The position numbers were made by a program, and so were the translations under genes. DNA of 24,000 nucleotides, from positions 1,931,495 to 1,955,494 of the forward strand of contig NZ_CP138200.1 of the NCBI RefSeq assembly GCF_050859025.1, read 5' to 3'. The notes under the pieces were generated by a model, which was not told where the DNA came from, searched no databases, and saw nothing but the letters and a program-made list of their open reading frames with translations. This DNA comes from Wukongibacter sp. M2B1. Its GTDB lineage: Bacteria; Bacillota; Clostridia; Peptostreptococcales; Caminicellaceae. Below are positions 1-9,733 of the stretch, one piece after another (the stretch's first letter is position 1; each line of letters opens with the position of its first letter).

Positions 1-345
1 TTAAATAATGTTATAAAATTAACAAGGTATTTTTGTAAAGATAAAGAAGATATGATAATGCTTGTGCAAGAGCTGGAACACATAGAGATTTTTTTACATT
101 TACAAAAGTTACGTTTTCAGAAGGAATTTAAATATGAGATAGAAGGAAAGTATGAATTAAATTCATTATTTATTAAGAGATTTTGTTTAATTGAACCAAT
201 TATGAGATTTTTCTTTAATCATATAGAGGTCCAGCCTGAAAGGAGAGAAATCAAGATCAATCTGAAGCATGAAAAAAATGAATTGGAGTTGCGTATTGAA
301 GATATATATTCTAATCTACTAAAAAAGTTTTCTTATTATATATAG
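1..345 (+). CDS. 3' end of a YesM/LytS-type sensor histidine kinase gene entering from upstream; ATP-binding domain degenerate and truncated
   Basis: Frame 1 is open from base 1, with no stop before the listed ORF at 52. The product parallels the C-terminal part of the neighbouring kinase (LVQELEHIEIFLHLQKLRF vs LEDELEMVQRYVYLQSQRF). The N-box position reads MRFFFNHI instead of ENAIIHG, and the protein ends before any DxGxG G-box. Confidence 0.5.
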   Translation, partial: LNNVIKLTRYFCKDKEDMIMLVQELEHIEIFLHLQKLRFQKEFKYEIEGKYELNSLFIKRFCLIEPIMRFFFNHIEVQPERREIKINLKHEKNELELRIEDIYSNLLKKFSYYI

Positions 346-486
346 ATATTTATTACTGGATGTAGATTCTAATTATAGAGAGTTCCAAGTAAATCTTAAT
401 TCATACATATCAAAATATCTGATGAATCTTAGGATTTCTAATGTTGGTGACTTGTATAGAAAATTGTAGCTAAGCTTAATAAGAGG

Positions 487-2010
487 GTGAGTTTGTTGGA
501 GGTAAAGTGGAGTATTAAGGACAAGCTAATTTTTATTATATCGGTATCATTTATAGTTCCAATAATCATATTGGGTGTGATAAGTTATAACTATGCGAAA
601 AATGAATTGGATAAAAAGGGTCAGACCATATTAAAAAATAGTGTCAAGATGGTTATTAGCATGATTGATGAAAAAAATAGAGAAGTAGAAAGGGGACAAA
701 TAAGCTTAGAGAATGCCCAAGAAGAAATTAAAGAATATATTTTAGGAAAAAAGAGAAAAGATGGAACAAGATATATGGATAACAATGTAGACTTAGGAGA
801 GAATGGATACTTCATAATATATGGACAAGATGGGTTAGAGGTTGCCCATCCCAGAATAGAAGGTCAGAATATTTGGGACATAGAGGATTATAGTAATAAA
901 AAATATTACTTTGTTAGAGAGGCTATTAACATAGCCAATAAAGGTGGGGGATTTATATATTATGATTGGGTTTATCCAAATTCAGAAAGAATCGGATCTA
1001 AAATAAATTATTCGGAAACTGATCCAAATTGGAATTGGGTTGTTAATGCAACTTCTTATGTTGAGGATTTTAACAAAGGTGCAATAGATATATTGTATGT
1101 ATTAATAGCCACAGTAATTTTAGAGGTCTTAGTAGGATTCACTATAATAATTTTTGTAGCAAAAAAGATATCTGATCCTATAGAAAGATTAGCTTATCAA
1201 GCATTAAAAATTTCTAAAGGCGAGTTGGAAATGAAGGATATCGAGATTGTGGGGAATGATGAAACGGCATACTTGACTATGGCATTTAACCATATGATAA
1301 ATAATATTAAAAAACTAATAAAGGAGATCAAGGATAAAGCAAGATTACAGGCCTTGCTGAAGGAAACTGAGCTAAAGGCATTACAGGCACAGGTAAATCC
1401 TCATTTCCTATTTAATATTTTGAGTGGTATAACCGAAGCTGCATTGGTGGAGGGGTCCAATAAGACCCTTAGAATGGTAGAAGAAATATCAGGAATGCTA
1501 AGATACAGCTTAAGTAGCTTTCATAAAAAAGTCACGTTAGAAGATGAATTAGAAATGGTACAGAGATATGTATATTTACAATCACAGCGATTTGGTGATA
1601 GAATCCTATTTAGAATGAATTTTCCTCAAAAAATACCAAAGATATATATGCCGTGTATGACGATACAGCCAATTGTAGAAAATGCTATTATTCATGGCGT
1701 AGAGAAAAGAATTAAAGGCGGAGTAGTTTCAATATCTTTGAAAGAAAGGGATAAGAAGATAATTGTCAAGGTTGAGGACGATGGTGTAGGAATGGACGAA
1801 GATACAATAGATAGGTTATTTGATTCCGATATACAGGAACCACATACAGGACATACAACCGGTATCGGCATAAACAACGTATATGAACGATTGAAAATTT
1901 ATTATGGGGAAGAAAATCTACTGCGTGTTGAAAGTAAGAAAAACATAGGAACTTGTGTGGAAATAGAGTTGCCTCAGATAGGTTTTTGTGGAGGTGGATC
2001 AGGTGTATAA
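487..2010 (+). CDS. Sensor histidine kinase, YesM-like (single Cache-type extracytoplasmic domain, HAMP, His_kinase PF06580-type DHp, HATPase)
   Basis: 507-aa ORF. It has an N-terminal TM helix and a Cache-like block (GYFIIYGQDGLEVAHP ... GGGFIYYDWVYP ... WNWVVNATSY), then a second TM and a HAMP-like linker. Kinase motifs: phospho-His LQAQVNPHFLFN, N-box IVENAIIHG, G1 DDGVGM, G2 GIGINNV. GTG 487 abuts the AAGAGGGTGA RBS, so TTG 493/496 may be the true start. Confidence 0.85.
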   Translation: MSLLEVKWSIKDKLIFIISVSFIVPIIILGVISYNYAKNELDKKGQTILKNSVKMVISMIDEKNREVERGQISLENAQEEIKEYILGKKRKDGTRYMDNNVDLGENGYFIIYGQDGLEVAHPRIEGQNIWDIEDYSNKKYYFVREAINIANKGGGFIYYDWVYPNSERIGSKINYSETDPNWNWVVNATSYVEDFNKGAIDILYVLIATVILEVLVGFTIIIFVAKKISDPIERLAYQALKISKGELEMKDIEIVGNDETAYLTMAFNHMINNIKKLIKEIKDKARLQALLKETELKALQAQVNPHFLFNILSGITEAALVEGSNKTLRMVEEISGMLRYSLSSFHKKVTLEDELEMVQRYVYLQSQRFGDRILFRMNFPQKIPKIYMPCMTIQPIVENAIIHGVEKRIKGGVVSISLKERDKKIIVKVEDDGVGMDEDTIDRLFDSDIQEPHTGHTTGIGINNVYERLKIYYGEENLLRVESKKNIGTCVEIELPQIGFCGGGSGV

Positions 2011-3595
2011 AGTACTCATTGCAGATGATGAGGCCAGAGAAAGAAATATAGTAAGGATTCTTTTAGAAAGAGAATATCCAGAAATGCTTATCTTTTATGA
2101 AGCTAGTAATGGTGAAGCAGCACTTAAGGAGTTTGAAGAAAAATTACCTCATTTAGTTATTATGGATATACGAATGCCAGGAATGAATGGAATTGAAGTT
2201 ATAAAAGAAATTAGAAAGAAGTCACTGGATGTATATATCATCATTGTTACAGCATATAATTACTTTGAATTTGCCAAGGAAGCGATTAGAATGGGAGTAA
2301 ACGATTTCATACTAAAACCCCCTTCACGGGAAAATTTTAATCAAGCAATTAGTAAATTTATGATGTTGATGAAAAAAAGGGAATCTAATAGAAAAGACCT
2401 GGAAGAAAACAATGAAAAAATAGGCTCATGGATTTCGATAATGAGAAATGATATGGCTATGGCGTTAGCCTATGGAGGAGTGGAAGAGGACCATATAGAT
2501 GATTATTTTGATATATTAAATATAAAGTATGACTGGGGCGTATGTATACTTACTAGTTTAGATACTAATAGTAATAGATTTTATAAAGAAAATGGATTGG
2601 ATATTAGATGGCATTTAGAAAAGATCAATAACTATATTGACAAATATATGAATAAAAACGCATTACAGTATATATCGGGTATACAGGGAAAAAGAGTAAT
2701 TGTATTTTTGTTCCTAAAGGAAAAGGAGAAGAAAGAGAGTAGGGAGAAATCCATAAAGGTTTCTCAAGATATACTTAGATATTTGAATTATGAATGTAGT
2801 TTTTCAATACAAATCGGTATTGGCTTAGGCTATCTATTACCAAGGAATTTGAATAAATCCTATGAAGAAGCCCTGGCAGCGTTAAAGTCTAAAACAAAAG
2901 TATGTCATAACGAACCTATTTATGTATATGAATCACAGCAGCAAGATATTGAAGATAATAGTATGAATTTTGAAAGCATGCTTGCAAAGAAGATTAGGGA
3001 AAGAGATAAAGATGAAGCCATAGATATATTGATTGAGACTTTAACCTATCTCAAAAAGAAGTATGGAAACAAACAAATGATAATAAAAGTAAGACTAATT
3101 GATTTCCTATCATCTATTAGTAAAAGTTGTTTATGTAAGGACAATGTTTCAAAGTATTTAGAGGATTTAAGTCCCATAATAAGCTTAGAAGAGTATCATG
3201 AGATAATAAAGTTTTCTCAAAGATTTGTTGAGAAATTGATAGAACATGTTGATAATCAGCAAAAGAAGAAAAGACATTTTATAATTGACAGGATAATTAC
3301 ATTTGTAAACGAAAATTATCATGAGGCCCTTTCTGTAGAAGAGATTGCTAAAAAATTTTCGATAAGTTCCTTTTATTTTAGTAGGCTGTTTAAGGAGTAT
3401 CAAAATATTAATTTTGTTGATTATATTACACAGGTACGAATAAAAAAAGCTATTGAACTATTTGATGATGAATCACTAAATATTAAAGAAATTGCACATT
3501 TAGTTGGATATCATGATGCCAATTATTTCAGTAGAGTTTTTAAAAAGAATATGGGATTAAGTCCAAAAAAATACCGTGACAGGTTTTTAATATAA
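2003..3595 (+). CDS. Response regulator with AraC-type DNA-binding domain (YesN-like)
   Basis: REC motifs: VLIADDE, VIMDIRMPGMNG, IIVTAY, FILKP. C-terminal double AraC HTH: IAKKFSISSFYFSRLFK ... IAHLVGYHDANYFSRVFKK. Start placed at GTG 2003 behind the GGAGGTGGA RBS, overlapping the kinase stop. The track ORF starts at 1988 in the same frame. Confidence 0.85.
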   Translation: MYKVLIADDEARERNIVRILLEREYPEMLIFYEASNGEAALKEFEEKLPHLVIMDIRMPGMNGIEVIKEIRKKSLDVYIIIVTAYNYFEFAKEAIRMGVNDFILKPPSRENFNQAISKFMMLMKKRESNRKDLEENNEKIGSWISIMRNDMAMALAYGGVEEDHIDDYFDILNIKYDWGVCILTSLDTNSNRFYKENGLDIRWHLEKINNYIDKYMNKNALQYISGIQGKRVIVFLFLKEKEKKESREKSIKVSQDILRYLNYECSFSIQIGIGLGYLLPRNLNKSYEEALAALKSKTKVCHNEPIYVYESQQQDIEDNSMNFESMLAKKIRERDKDEAIDILIETLTYLKKKYGNKQMIIKVRLIDFLSSISKSCLCKDNVSKYLEDLSPIISLEEYHEIIKFSQRFVEKLIEHVDNQQKKKRHFIIDRIITFVNENYHEALSVEEIAKKFSISSFYFSRLFKEYQNINFVDYITQVRIKKAIELFDDESLNIKEIAHLVGYHDANYFSRVFKKNMGLSPKKYRDRFLI

Positions 3596-3632
3596 TTAAA
3601 TTTGATTTTGAAATAGCACAATTATGTTATAG

Positions 3633-3667
3633 AAAAAATAGCACAGCATAATAGTGCTATTTTTTTA
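3633..3667 (+). terminator. Rho-independent terminator after the two-component operon
   Basis: AAAAAATAGCAC / GTGCTATTTTTT inverted repeat with a 9-nt loop, followed by a T-run. Confidence 0.7.
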
Positions 3668-3810
3668 TATGATAGAAATTTAAAAATTGAGAATTTTGAA
3701 ATAAGCAATAGGATTGTGAATGTTATAACAAGATATTCTAGAGTAGAAAGATCACTATCATGTTACTATGTTTATGAAAATCAAAGGATATCAAAAAGGG
3801 GATGTTTGAA

Positions 3811-4587
3811 ATGGAAAATGTATTATTAAAAGTGGATGGTAAAATAGCAGAGGTTACAATTAATAGACCTAAAGCACTAAATGCGTTAAATAGTCAAACT
3901 TTAAGGGAACTAGGAGAGGTAATAAATAAATTAACTGAAGATGAAGAAATAAAGGTGGTTATCATAACTGGAGCAGGAGAAAAAGCCTTTGTAGCTGGTG
4001 CTGATATTACAGAAATGCAAAGCTTAAATGCTATTGAAGGTAGAAAGCTTGCTAGACTGGCTCAGAAAGTATTTTCTGCAATAGAAACTATGCCTCAGAT
4101 TGTTATTGCGGCAGTTAATGGTTATGCTTTAGGAGGCGGATGTGAGTTGGCTATGGCATGCGATATACGTTTTGCTTCTGCCAATGCTAAGTTTGGTCAA
4201 CCTGAAGTTACTTTAGGTATTATTCCAGGTTTTGCAGGGACACAACGACTACCAAGATTAGTAGGTAGAGGAGTTGCAAAGGAGCTTATTATTGGTGGAG
4301 ATATGATAAATGCTGAGGAAGCATACCGTATTAATTTGGCAAACAAAATATATAATTTAGAAGAATTACTACCAAAGACTAGAGAATTTGCTGAAAAAGT
4401 ATTAAGCAGGGGAACATTGGCAGTTAGTTTTGCGAAAACAGCAATAAATAATGGTATGAATATGGATACTGAATCAGCTTATAATTATGAAGCAGATTTA
4501 TTTGGTTTATGTTTCGCTACAGAGGATCAAAAAGAGGGAATGAAAGCCTTTATTGAAAAGCGTAAAGCAGAGTTTAAGGGCTGCTAA
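3811..4587 (+). CDS. crt: Enoyl-CoA hydratase / 3-hydroxybutyryl-CoA dehydratase (crotonase)
   Basis: Near co-linear with clostridial Crt as I recall it: VTINRPKALNALN, TGAGEKAFVAGADI, AAVNGYALGGGCELAMACDIR, FGQPEVTLGIIPGFAGTQRL, EDQKEGMKAFIEKRK. ATG 3811 has better spacing from the GGGGA RBS than ATG 3802 (same frame). Confidence 0.9.
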   Translation: MENVLLKVDGKIAEVTINRPKALNALNSQTLRELGEVINKLTEDEEIKVVIITGAGEKAFVAGADITEMQSLNAIEGRKLARLAQKVFSAIETMPQIVIAAVNGYALGGGCELAMACDIRFASANAKFGQPEVTLGIIPGFAGTQRLPRLVGRGVAKELIIGGDMINAEEAYRINLANKIYNLEELLPKTREFAEKVLSRGTLAVSFAKTAINNGMNMDTESAYNYEADLFGLCFATEDQKEGMKAFIEKRKAEFKGC

Positions 4588-4667
4588 ATAATGGTGAAAT
4601 AGTAGTTTAAACCGACTAACTTATTTCTGTGATGTTCTTTTTCATATTTATTTTTCGTTCACTTAAT

Positions 4668-4716
4668 CAGCCTGTTTTTCAATGTCATTTTACAAAGAAA
4701 AAACAGGCTGTTTGAA
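4668..4716 (+). terminator. Rho-independent terminator after crt
   Basis: CAGCCTGTTTTTC ... GAAAAAACAGGCTG inverted repeat (16-nt loop), followed by TTTG. Confidence 0.6.
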
Positions 4717-4836
4717 ATCATCTAAATAAAATATGAAAATACATATGTCTATCCATTTATAAGACTAAATTATATAACTCATTAGTGCAAGAGATTAATT
4801 GATAAAGTTTCTAGGATAATAGAGAGGAGTGAAAAC

Positions 4837-6441
4837 ATGAAGCTTAAGGTATTGACTGCTTCTGAGGCAGCTAAGCTAGTAAAGGATGGAGATACAATAG
4901 CTACAAATGGATTTGTTGGTAGTTCTAGTCCAGAGACATTAACATGTGCATTGGAAAAACGTTTTCTAAATACGGGGAGTCCAAAGAACCTATGTTTAGT
5001 ATATGCCGCTGGACAGGGAGATGGTAACAATAGAGGAGCTAATCATTTTGCCCATGAGGGAATGGTTAAAAGAGTAATAGGAGGGCATTGGAACTTAGCA
5101 CCGAAGATGGGGGAATTAGCCATAAATAATAAAATAGAGGCATATAACCTGCCACAAGGTGTAATATCCCATATGTTCAGGGATATTGCTGCTGGAAAAA
5201 TCGGAACCATAACCCATGTGGGCTTAAATACATTTGTTGACCCTCGAGTAGAGGGTGGAAAGCTAAATGAAAAGACAGTAGAGGACATAGTAGAAGTAGT
5301 GAAAATTGGAGAATATGAGAGACTTCTTTATAAGGCCTTTCCTATAAATGTTTTATTTGTTAGGGGTACGACCTCCGATGAGAAAGGAAATATTACTTTA
5401 GAAAAGGAGCCAGGTCCATATGATGCAATGGCTATGGCTCAAGCTGTGAAAAATTCTGGAGGTATAGTAGTTGTACAGGTACAGAGAATTGTAAAAAGTG
5501 GAACATTAAATCCGTGGATAGTAAAAATTCCTGGGATATATGTTGATGCAGTAGTTTTATCAAAACCAGAGGAACATGAGCAGTGCTTTGGAGAAATGTA
5601 TAATCCATCATATTCAGGAGAGGTGAGAATTCCAGAAGGAAGTATGGAGCCTCTAGAATTGAACGAAAGAAAAATTGTTGCACGTAGAGCGGCTATGGAG
5701 CTTGAGCCAAATACAATAGTAAATTTAGGTATTGGCATGCCTGAGACAATAGCAATGGTTGCAAATGAAGAGGGAATAGGTAACTATATGAACTTAACTG
5801 TTGAGGCGGGTCCAATAGGAGGTATACCAGCAGGTGGACTAAGTTTTGGTGCTGCGACAAATCCCGATGCAATATTAGACCAATCAACACAGTTTGACTT
5901 CTATGATGGTGGAGGACTTGATCTTGCATTTCTAGGTTTAGCTCAGGCAGATTGTGATGGTAATGTAAATGTAAGTAAGTTTGGTCCTCGGATTGCGGGC
6001 TGTGGAGGATTTATAAATATAACACAAAATGCTAAGAAAGTATTTTATTGTGGTACTTTTATGGCTGGTGGGTTAAAAATTGATGTTAAGGGCGGAAAAC
6101 TTGTAATTCTACAAGAGGGTAAAGTTAGTAAGTTCATTGAAGCTGTAGAACAAATCACCTTTAGTGGAGTATATGCACGTAAAATTGAACAGCCTGTTAT
6201 GTATATAACTGAAAGGGCAGTATTTGAACTAAGAGAAGACGGGTTATATTTAACAGAAATTGCTCCAGGAATAGATTTACAAAAGGATATTTTGGATTTA
6301 ATGGGCTTTAAGCCTAAGATAGATGGCCAGCCTAAACTGATGGATGAACGAATTTTCTATCCAGAAGCAATGGGAATAAATAATAAGGACTTAGAGGCTG
6401 ATTCATTAGGAATGTCAATATGTACAGATAAGACATCCTAA
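4837..6441 (+). CDS. pct: Family I acyl-CoA:carboxylate CoA-transferase, propionate CoA-transferase (Pct)/YdiF-like
   Basis: 534 aa, alignable along its length with Clostridium propionicum Pct as recalled: [113 protein letters not shown]. Substrate range (propionate, lactate, butyrate, 3-hydroxy acids) cannot be read from the sequence. Confidence 0.85.
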   Translation: MKLKVLTASEAAKLVKDGDTIATNGFVGSSSPETLTCALEKRFLNTGSPKNLCLVYAAGQGDGNNRGANHFAHEGMVKRVIGGHWNLAPKMGELAINNKIEAYNLPQGVISHMFRDIAAGKIGTITHVGLNTFVDPRVEGGKLNEKTVEDIVEVVKIGEYERLLYKAFPINVLFVRGTTSDEKGNITLEKEPGPYDAMAMAQAVKNSGGIVVVQVQRIVKSGTLNPWIVKIPGIYVDAVVLSKPEEHEQCFGEMYNPSYSGEVRIPEGSMEPLELNERKIVARRAAMELEPNTIVNLGIGMPETIAMVANEEGIGNYMNLTVEAGPIGGIPAGGLSFGAATNPDAILDQSTQFDFYDGGGLDLAFLGLAQADCDGNVNVSKFGPRIAGCGGFINITQNAKKVFYCGTFMAGGLKIDVKGGKLVILQEGKVSKFIEAVEQITFSGVYARKIEQPVMYITERAVFELREDGLYLTEIAPGIDLQKDILDLMGFKPKIDGQPKLMDERIFYPEAMGINNKDLEADSLGMSICTDKTS

Positions 6442-6544
6442 GCTTTCATTATTGAAAATTCCATTGATAGGTAGACATTATTTTTGTAAAGAATTGACTT
6501 AAGAAAATCAATATGTATTTATGCTTTTTTAAGAGGAGGATAAC

Positions 6545-7849
6545 ATGTTTGATATATTAATTTTGATTTTAGCACTAATACTATTTTCCGTTCTTGCTTT
6601 TAGAAGAATAAGTGCTATAATCTTGGGCCCTGTAGTTTCAATATTTGTAATAGTTCTTGCTAGACTGCCTATGTTTGAAACTCTATTGGGACCATATATG
6701 ATCGCGGCAGCAGGGTATATTCAGAAGTTTTTCCTTGTGTTTTTTGTAGGAGCAATTTTTGGAGCCATTATGGAAGATACGAGAGCAGCCGAATCTATTG
6801 CTCGTGGTCTAGTCAAGATCACAAAGGGAAGATGGGCAGCTCCAGTTGTAATGATAATAACGGGGGTATTGACTTACGGAGGTGTTAGTGGTTTTGTCGT
6901 ATTCTTTGCGATGTACCCTATTGCCCTCCAATTGTTTAAAAATACTAACATCTCAAGAAGGCTAATACCGGCTGCTATTTCAGCAGGAGCATGGACATGG
7001 TCTATGAGTGGTCCAGGAAGCCCATCGATTCAAAATATTATACCAATGAGATATTTGGGAACAGGAAGTACTGCTGCTCTTATACCTGCTATAGTAGGAG
7101 CCTTAGGACAATTAATCCTAATATTTTTATGGCTTGAATATAGGGGGAAATCACTGCGAAGAAGAGGTTATGAGTTTAATGATCCGTCCCTGAAGGCATT
7201 AGATGAGGTGGCTGCAACGGCAGAAGATGGAATAGAATTACCTAATCCGTGGCTATCAGCGATACCAGCAATAGCAATTTTAGTAACATTTAATATACTT
7301 AAGTTACCCGTAGAAGGAGCAGTAACAATTGGGATCATATTGGGAATCCTTCTTTTGTGGAAACAAAGAAATGGTGCTAATGAATGGATATCAACATTAA
7401 ATAGAGGATCTATAAATTCAGCTACTGCTATTCTTAACACAGCCATAGTTGTTGGATTTGCAGGAGTAGTAAAGGTAACTACGGGATTTGATAAAATTAT
7501 TAGCAGTTTAAAGAATCTAAAGCTCTCCCCAATGATATTTGTAGCAATAACATCGGCTATAGCTTCTGGAGCAGCAGGTTCTGCATCTGGAGGCTTAGGA
7601 ATTGCCTATGAAGCATTAAAGGACACCTATGTAAACATGGGTGTAAGCCTAGAGTATGTTCACAGAATATCGGTAATTGCAGCAGGAACATTTGATACAT
7701 TACCACATCAAGGGGCACAGATTACCTTATTGGCCATATGTGGATTAACCCATAAAGAAGGTTACTTTGATATAGCTATAACTCAAATTATAATACCTAT
7801 ATTAGTATTATTAGCACTTGTAATACCAATGGCTTCTATGGGATTGTAG
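6545..7849 (+). CDS. GntP-family (ion transporter superfamily) organic-acid permease
   Basis: 434 aa, about 11-12 hydrophobic helices. The N-terminal half follows the GntP pattern (GAIFGAIMEDTRAAESIARGLVKITKGRWAAPVVMIITGVLTYGGVSGFVVFFAMYPIA). No terminator between pct and this gene, so they are probably co-transcribed. Confidence 0.65.
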   Translation: MFDILILILALILFSVLAFRRISAIILGPVVSIFVIVLARLPMFETLLGPYMIAAAGYIQKFFLVFFVGAIFGAIMEDTRAAESIARGLVKITKGRWAAPVVMIITGVLTYGGVSGFVVFFAMYPIALQLFKNTNISRRLIPAAISAGAWTWSMSGPGSPSIQNIIPMRYLGTGSTAALIPAIVGALGQLILIFLWLEYRGKSLRRRGYEFNDPSLKALDEVAATAEDGIELPNPWLSAIPAIAILVTFNILKLPVEGAVTIGIILGILLLWKQRNGANEWISTLNRGSINSATAILNTAIVVGFAGVVKVTTGFDKIISSLKNLKLSPMIFVAITSAIASGAAGSASGGLGIAYEALKDTYVNMGVSLEYVHRISVIAAGTFDTLPHQGAQITLLAICGLTHKEGYFDIAITQIIIPILVLLALVIPMASMGL

Positions 7850-7856
7850 TTGATGG

Positions 7857-7907
7857 AAAAAAATCATTGTGTAAAGTTAAGTCTTACTTTACATAATGAT
7901 TTTTTTC
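7857..7907 (+). terminator. Rho-independent terminator after the permease gene
   Basis: Long inverted repeat AAAAAAATCATTGTGTAAAGT / ACTTTACATAATGATTTTTTT (one G-T position), ending in a T-run. Confidence 0.7.
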
Positions 7908-8082
7908 TATATAAAGCTAGGGAATGAAAATAAAAGACATTTAGCGCATATTTCAAAAAATATAAAATCGACAAAAATAGTCAAAGGAACTATGCGAAAA
8001 TTGTCTAATATTAATAGAGTTAAAGAAGTGGTTTTGATTTAGAAGAATTTAAAGAAGAGAAATAACTAAGGGAGCGTTAGTG

Positions 8083-9324
8083 ATGCGAAGAAAAGAGATA
8101 GGGGTTTATTTAGCACTATGCATATTCATTTTTATATTTTTACTTGGAGCCTGTAGACCAAATCAGAAGGCAGAAGAATATACACCAAAGGATGGAGAAA
8201 TACAGCTAATCGTTAATGATGTATCTAGTAAGCCCGATGGAGATATTGACTTTGTAAGTGTTTATTATAAAGAGAATAATTGTCATATTAAATATCAAGA
8301 TATAGAATACGAAAGAAGTGGATCTAGAAAAAGAACAACCATTTCTTTAAAGAATATTGATTGGAATAGGTCTAATGAATACTATGTATATATCAATTTC
8401 AGAGAACGCTTATATACTACAAAAGTGACTAAAGAAGATGTTGGCAAAAGCATTGTGATTAATTATGATAGAGACAATTATGGTAAACTGCAGGTATCCA
8501 TACCATTTGCTAAGGAAAATTATAAAATTGAGGATATTTTAGTGCATTATGATACTAGTGATGGAGAATTAGATAGCATTTATACAGGGGCATTTAGCAA
8601 TGATATAGATCTACCCTATGGAAAATATGATATTCAGATTAATGCATATGATGATGAAAATGTATATATTCTTTATAAGGAAAATGTTGTTATTGAAAAG
8701 GATTATAACTTAATTGAGTTCAATAGGAGTGATATAGCTAAGCTAAATATAAAAATTGACTATGGTGAATATAATGATGCAAAGATGGTTTTACTTAGTT
8801 CTTGCCATAAAGCAGGTAAATTCTCTCAGATAACAAGTTTAAGTAGTTCAGCGATTAAAGAAATAGCACAATTTGATAGTCTCTATGTTTTAAAGGGCAA
8901 ACAAGATATTTATATTCATATAAGAAATCAAGGATGGGATTATACTTTAGATAAATATCTAGACGTAAGGGAAGATGTAGAAATAAATCTCGATTTAGAC
9001 TTTCAAGCTAAGATTGAGGGCAAAGAAACAAAATTTCCACCGGGATTTGAATTAAATAGAAATATTAAGCCAATGTTTTGTTTTTATGATGGATATGGGA
9101 ATCTACTAGCTAATATAAATGAACCGCCGGGTGAGATAGTTGAGGGAATTGTAGAGTTTAAGAGGGGAGATAAAATCGAAAGTGAGAAATTTAATGAATT
9201 AGATTACATTAAAAATATCACTACTCCCGAAGAAACAGGAAACTATGAAATGACTTTAAAGCTAATTGGAGGACCGATAGAAATAAAATCGACAACAAAA
9301 GATATAGTAATTGATTTGGATTAA
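8083..9324 (+). CDS. Putative lipoprotein, function unknown
   Basis: Signal peptide ending in the lipobox LLGAC (MRRKEIGVYLALCIFIFIFLLGAC). The rest is hydrophilic and beta-rich-looking with no motif I recognise. ATG 8083 is 7 nt from the GGGAG RBS; the track lists GTG 8080. Confidence 0.6.
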   Translation: MRRKEIGVYLALCIFIFIFLLGACRPNQKAEEYTPKDGEIQLIVNDVSSKPDGDIDFVSVYYKENNCHIKYQDIEYERSGSRKRTTISLKNIDWNRSNEYYVYINFRERLYTTKVTKEDVGKSIVINYDRDNYGKLQVSIPFAKENYKIEDILVHYDTSDGELDSIYTGAFSNDIDLPYGKYDIQINAYDDENVYILYKENVVIEKDYNLIEFNRSDIAKLNIKIDYGEYNDAKMVLLSSCHKAGKFSQITSLSSSAIKEIAQFDSLYVLKGKQDIYIHIRNQGWDYTLDKYLDVREDVEINLDLDFQAKIEGKETKFPPGFELNRNIKPMFCFYDGYGNLLANINEPPGEIVEGIVEFKRGDKIESEKFNELDYIKNITTPEETGNYEMTLKLIGGPIEIKSTTKDIVIDLD

Positions 9325-9340
9325 GAATAGAAAGAAGAAT

Positions 9341-9374
9341 AAATGGAGAACTACTTCAGAGTAGTTCTCCATTT
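9341..9374. terminator. Bidirectional terminator between convergent lipoprotein and AbrB-like genes
   Basis: Perfect 14-bp inverted repeat AAATGGAGAACTAC / GTAGTTCTCCATTT with a 6-nt loop. A/T runs on both sides. Confidence 0.75.
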
Positions 9375-9379
9375 GAATT

Positions 9380-9622
9380 CTAAAGATTTACAATTTCATT
9401 TATACAATTTTGACAAATATGCTTACCCTTAAAGTTTTCTAAGTTATTTGTGTTATCACAAATTGAGCAATATTTTCTATATTCCATAAGAACAATAGAA
9501 GTAGAATTGACAAATATTTCTAATGGTGATTGGTATCCAATAGATAATTCTTGTCTCATTGACTTAGGGAGTTCAATACGTCCAACCTTATCTAGATGAT
9601 TAATGTACCTAGTTGATTTCAT
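9380..9622 (-). CDS. AbrB/SpoVT-fold transcriptional regulator with C-terminal CxxC...CxxC zinc ribbon
   Basis: The N-terminus (LDKVGRIELPKSMRQEL ... PLEIFVNSTSIVLMEY) matches the swapped-hairpin AbrB signature (vDxLGRivIPkeiR...leI). The C-terminus is CSICDN-x13-CQNC. Confidence 0.7.
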   Translation of the reverse strand: MKSTRYINHLDKVGRIELPKSMRQELSIGYQSPLEIFVNSTSIVLMEYRKYCSICDNTNNLENFKGKHICQNCINEIVNL

Positions 9623-9726
9623 TTAATAGTCCTCCTTTAATTGTATAATATAGCTTCTACTTCAAATCAATAAAAAATAATTCTTATATATTGATTAATT
9701 TATAAGATATTATAAATCAATAGGGA

Positions 9727-9733
9727 TGTCGAA
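9727..9733 (+). promoter_or_regulatory. Perfect Spo0A-box heptamer (TGTCGAA) about 105 bp upstream of the AbrB-like start codon
   Basis: Exact match to the 0A-box consensus TGNCGAA. One of only three exact TGTCGAA sites I found by eye on either strand of the window. abrB promoters are classical Spo0A targets. Confidence 0.35.

Noticed and set aside
621-815. Track ORFs lying antisense or out of frame inside longer, well-supported genes. They are: 621-815, 1692-1877, 3185-3403, 4782-5030, 5043-5288, 5432-5683, 5439-5738, 5693-5929, 7168-7446, 10828-11079, 11253-11486, 11661-11861, 11770-11973, 12256-12438, 12512-12757, 12631-12882, 14778-15002, 18056-18286, 18732-19004, 19086-19412, 19496-19711, 19701-19967, 20146-20385, 22318-22524 and 23313-23606.
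   Set aside because: Each is fully or largely embedded in a gene with clear family motifs. They have low-complexity, Ser/Leu/Phe/Ile-rich products typical of shadow frames in AT-rich DNA, and no RBS.
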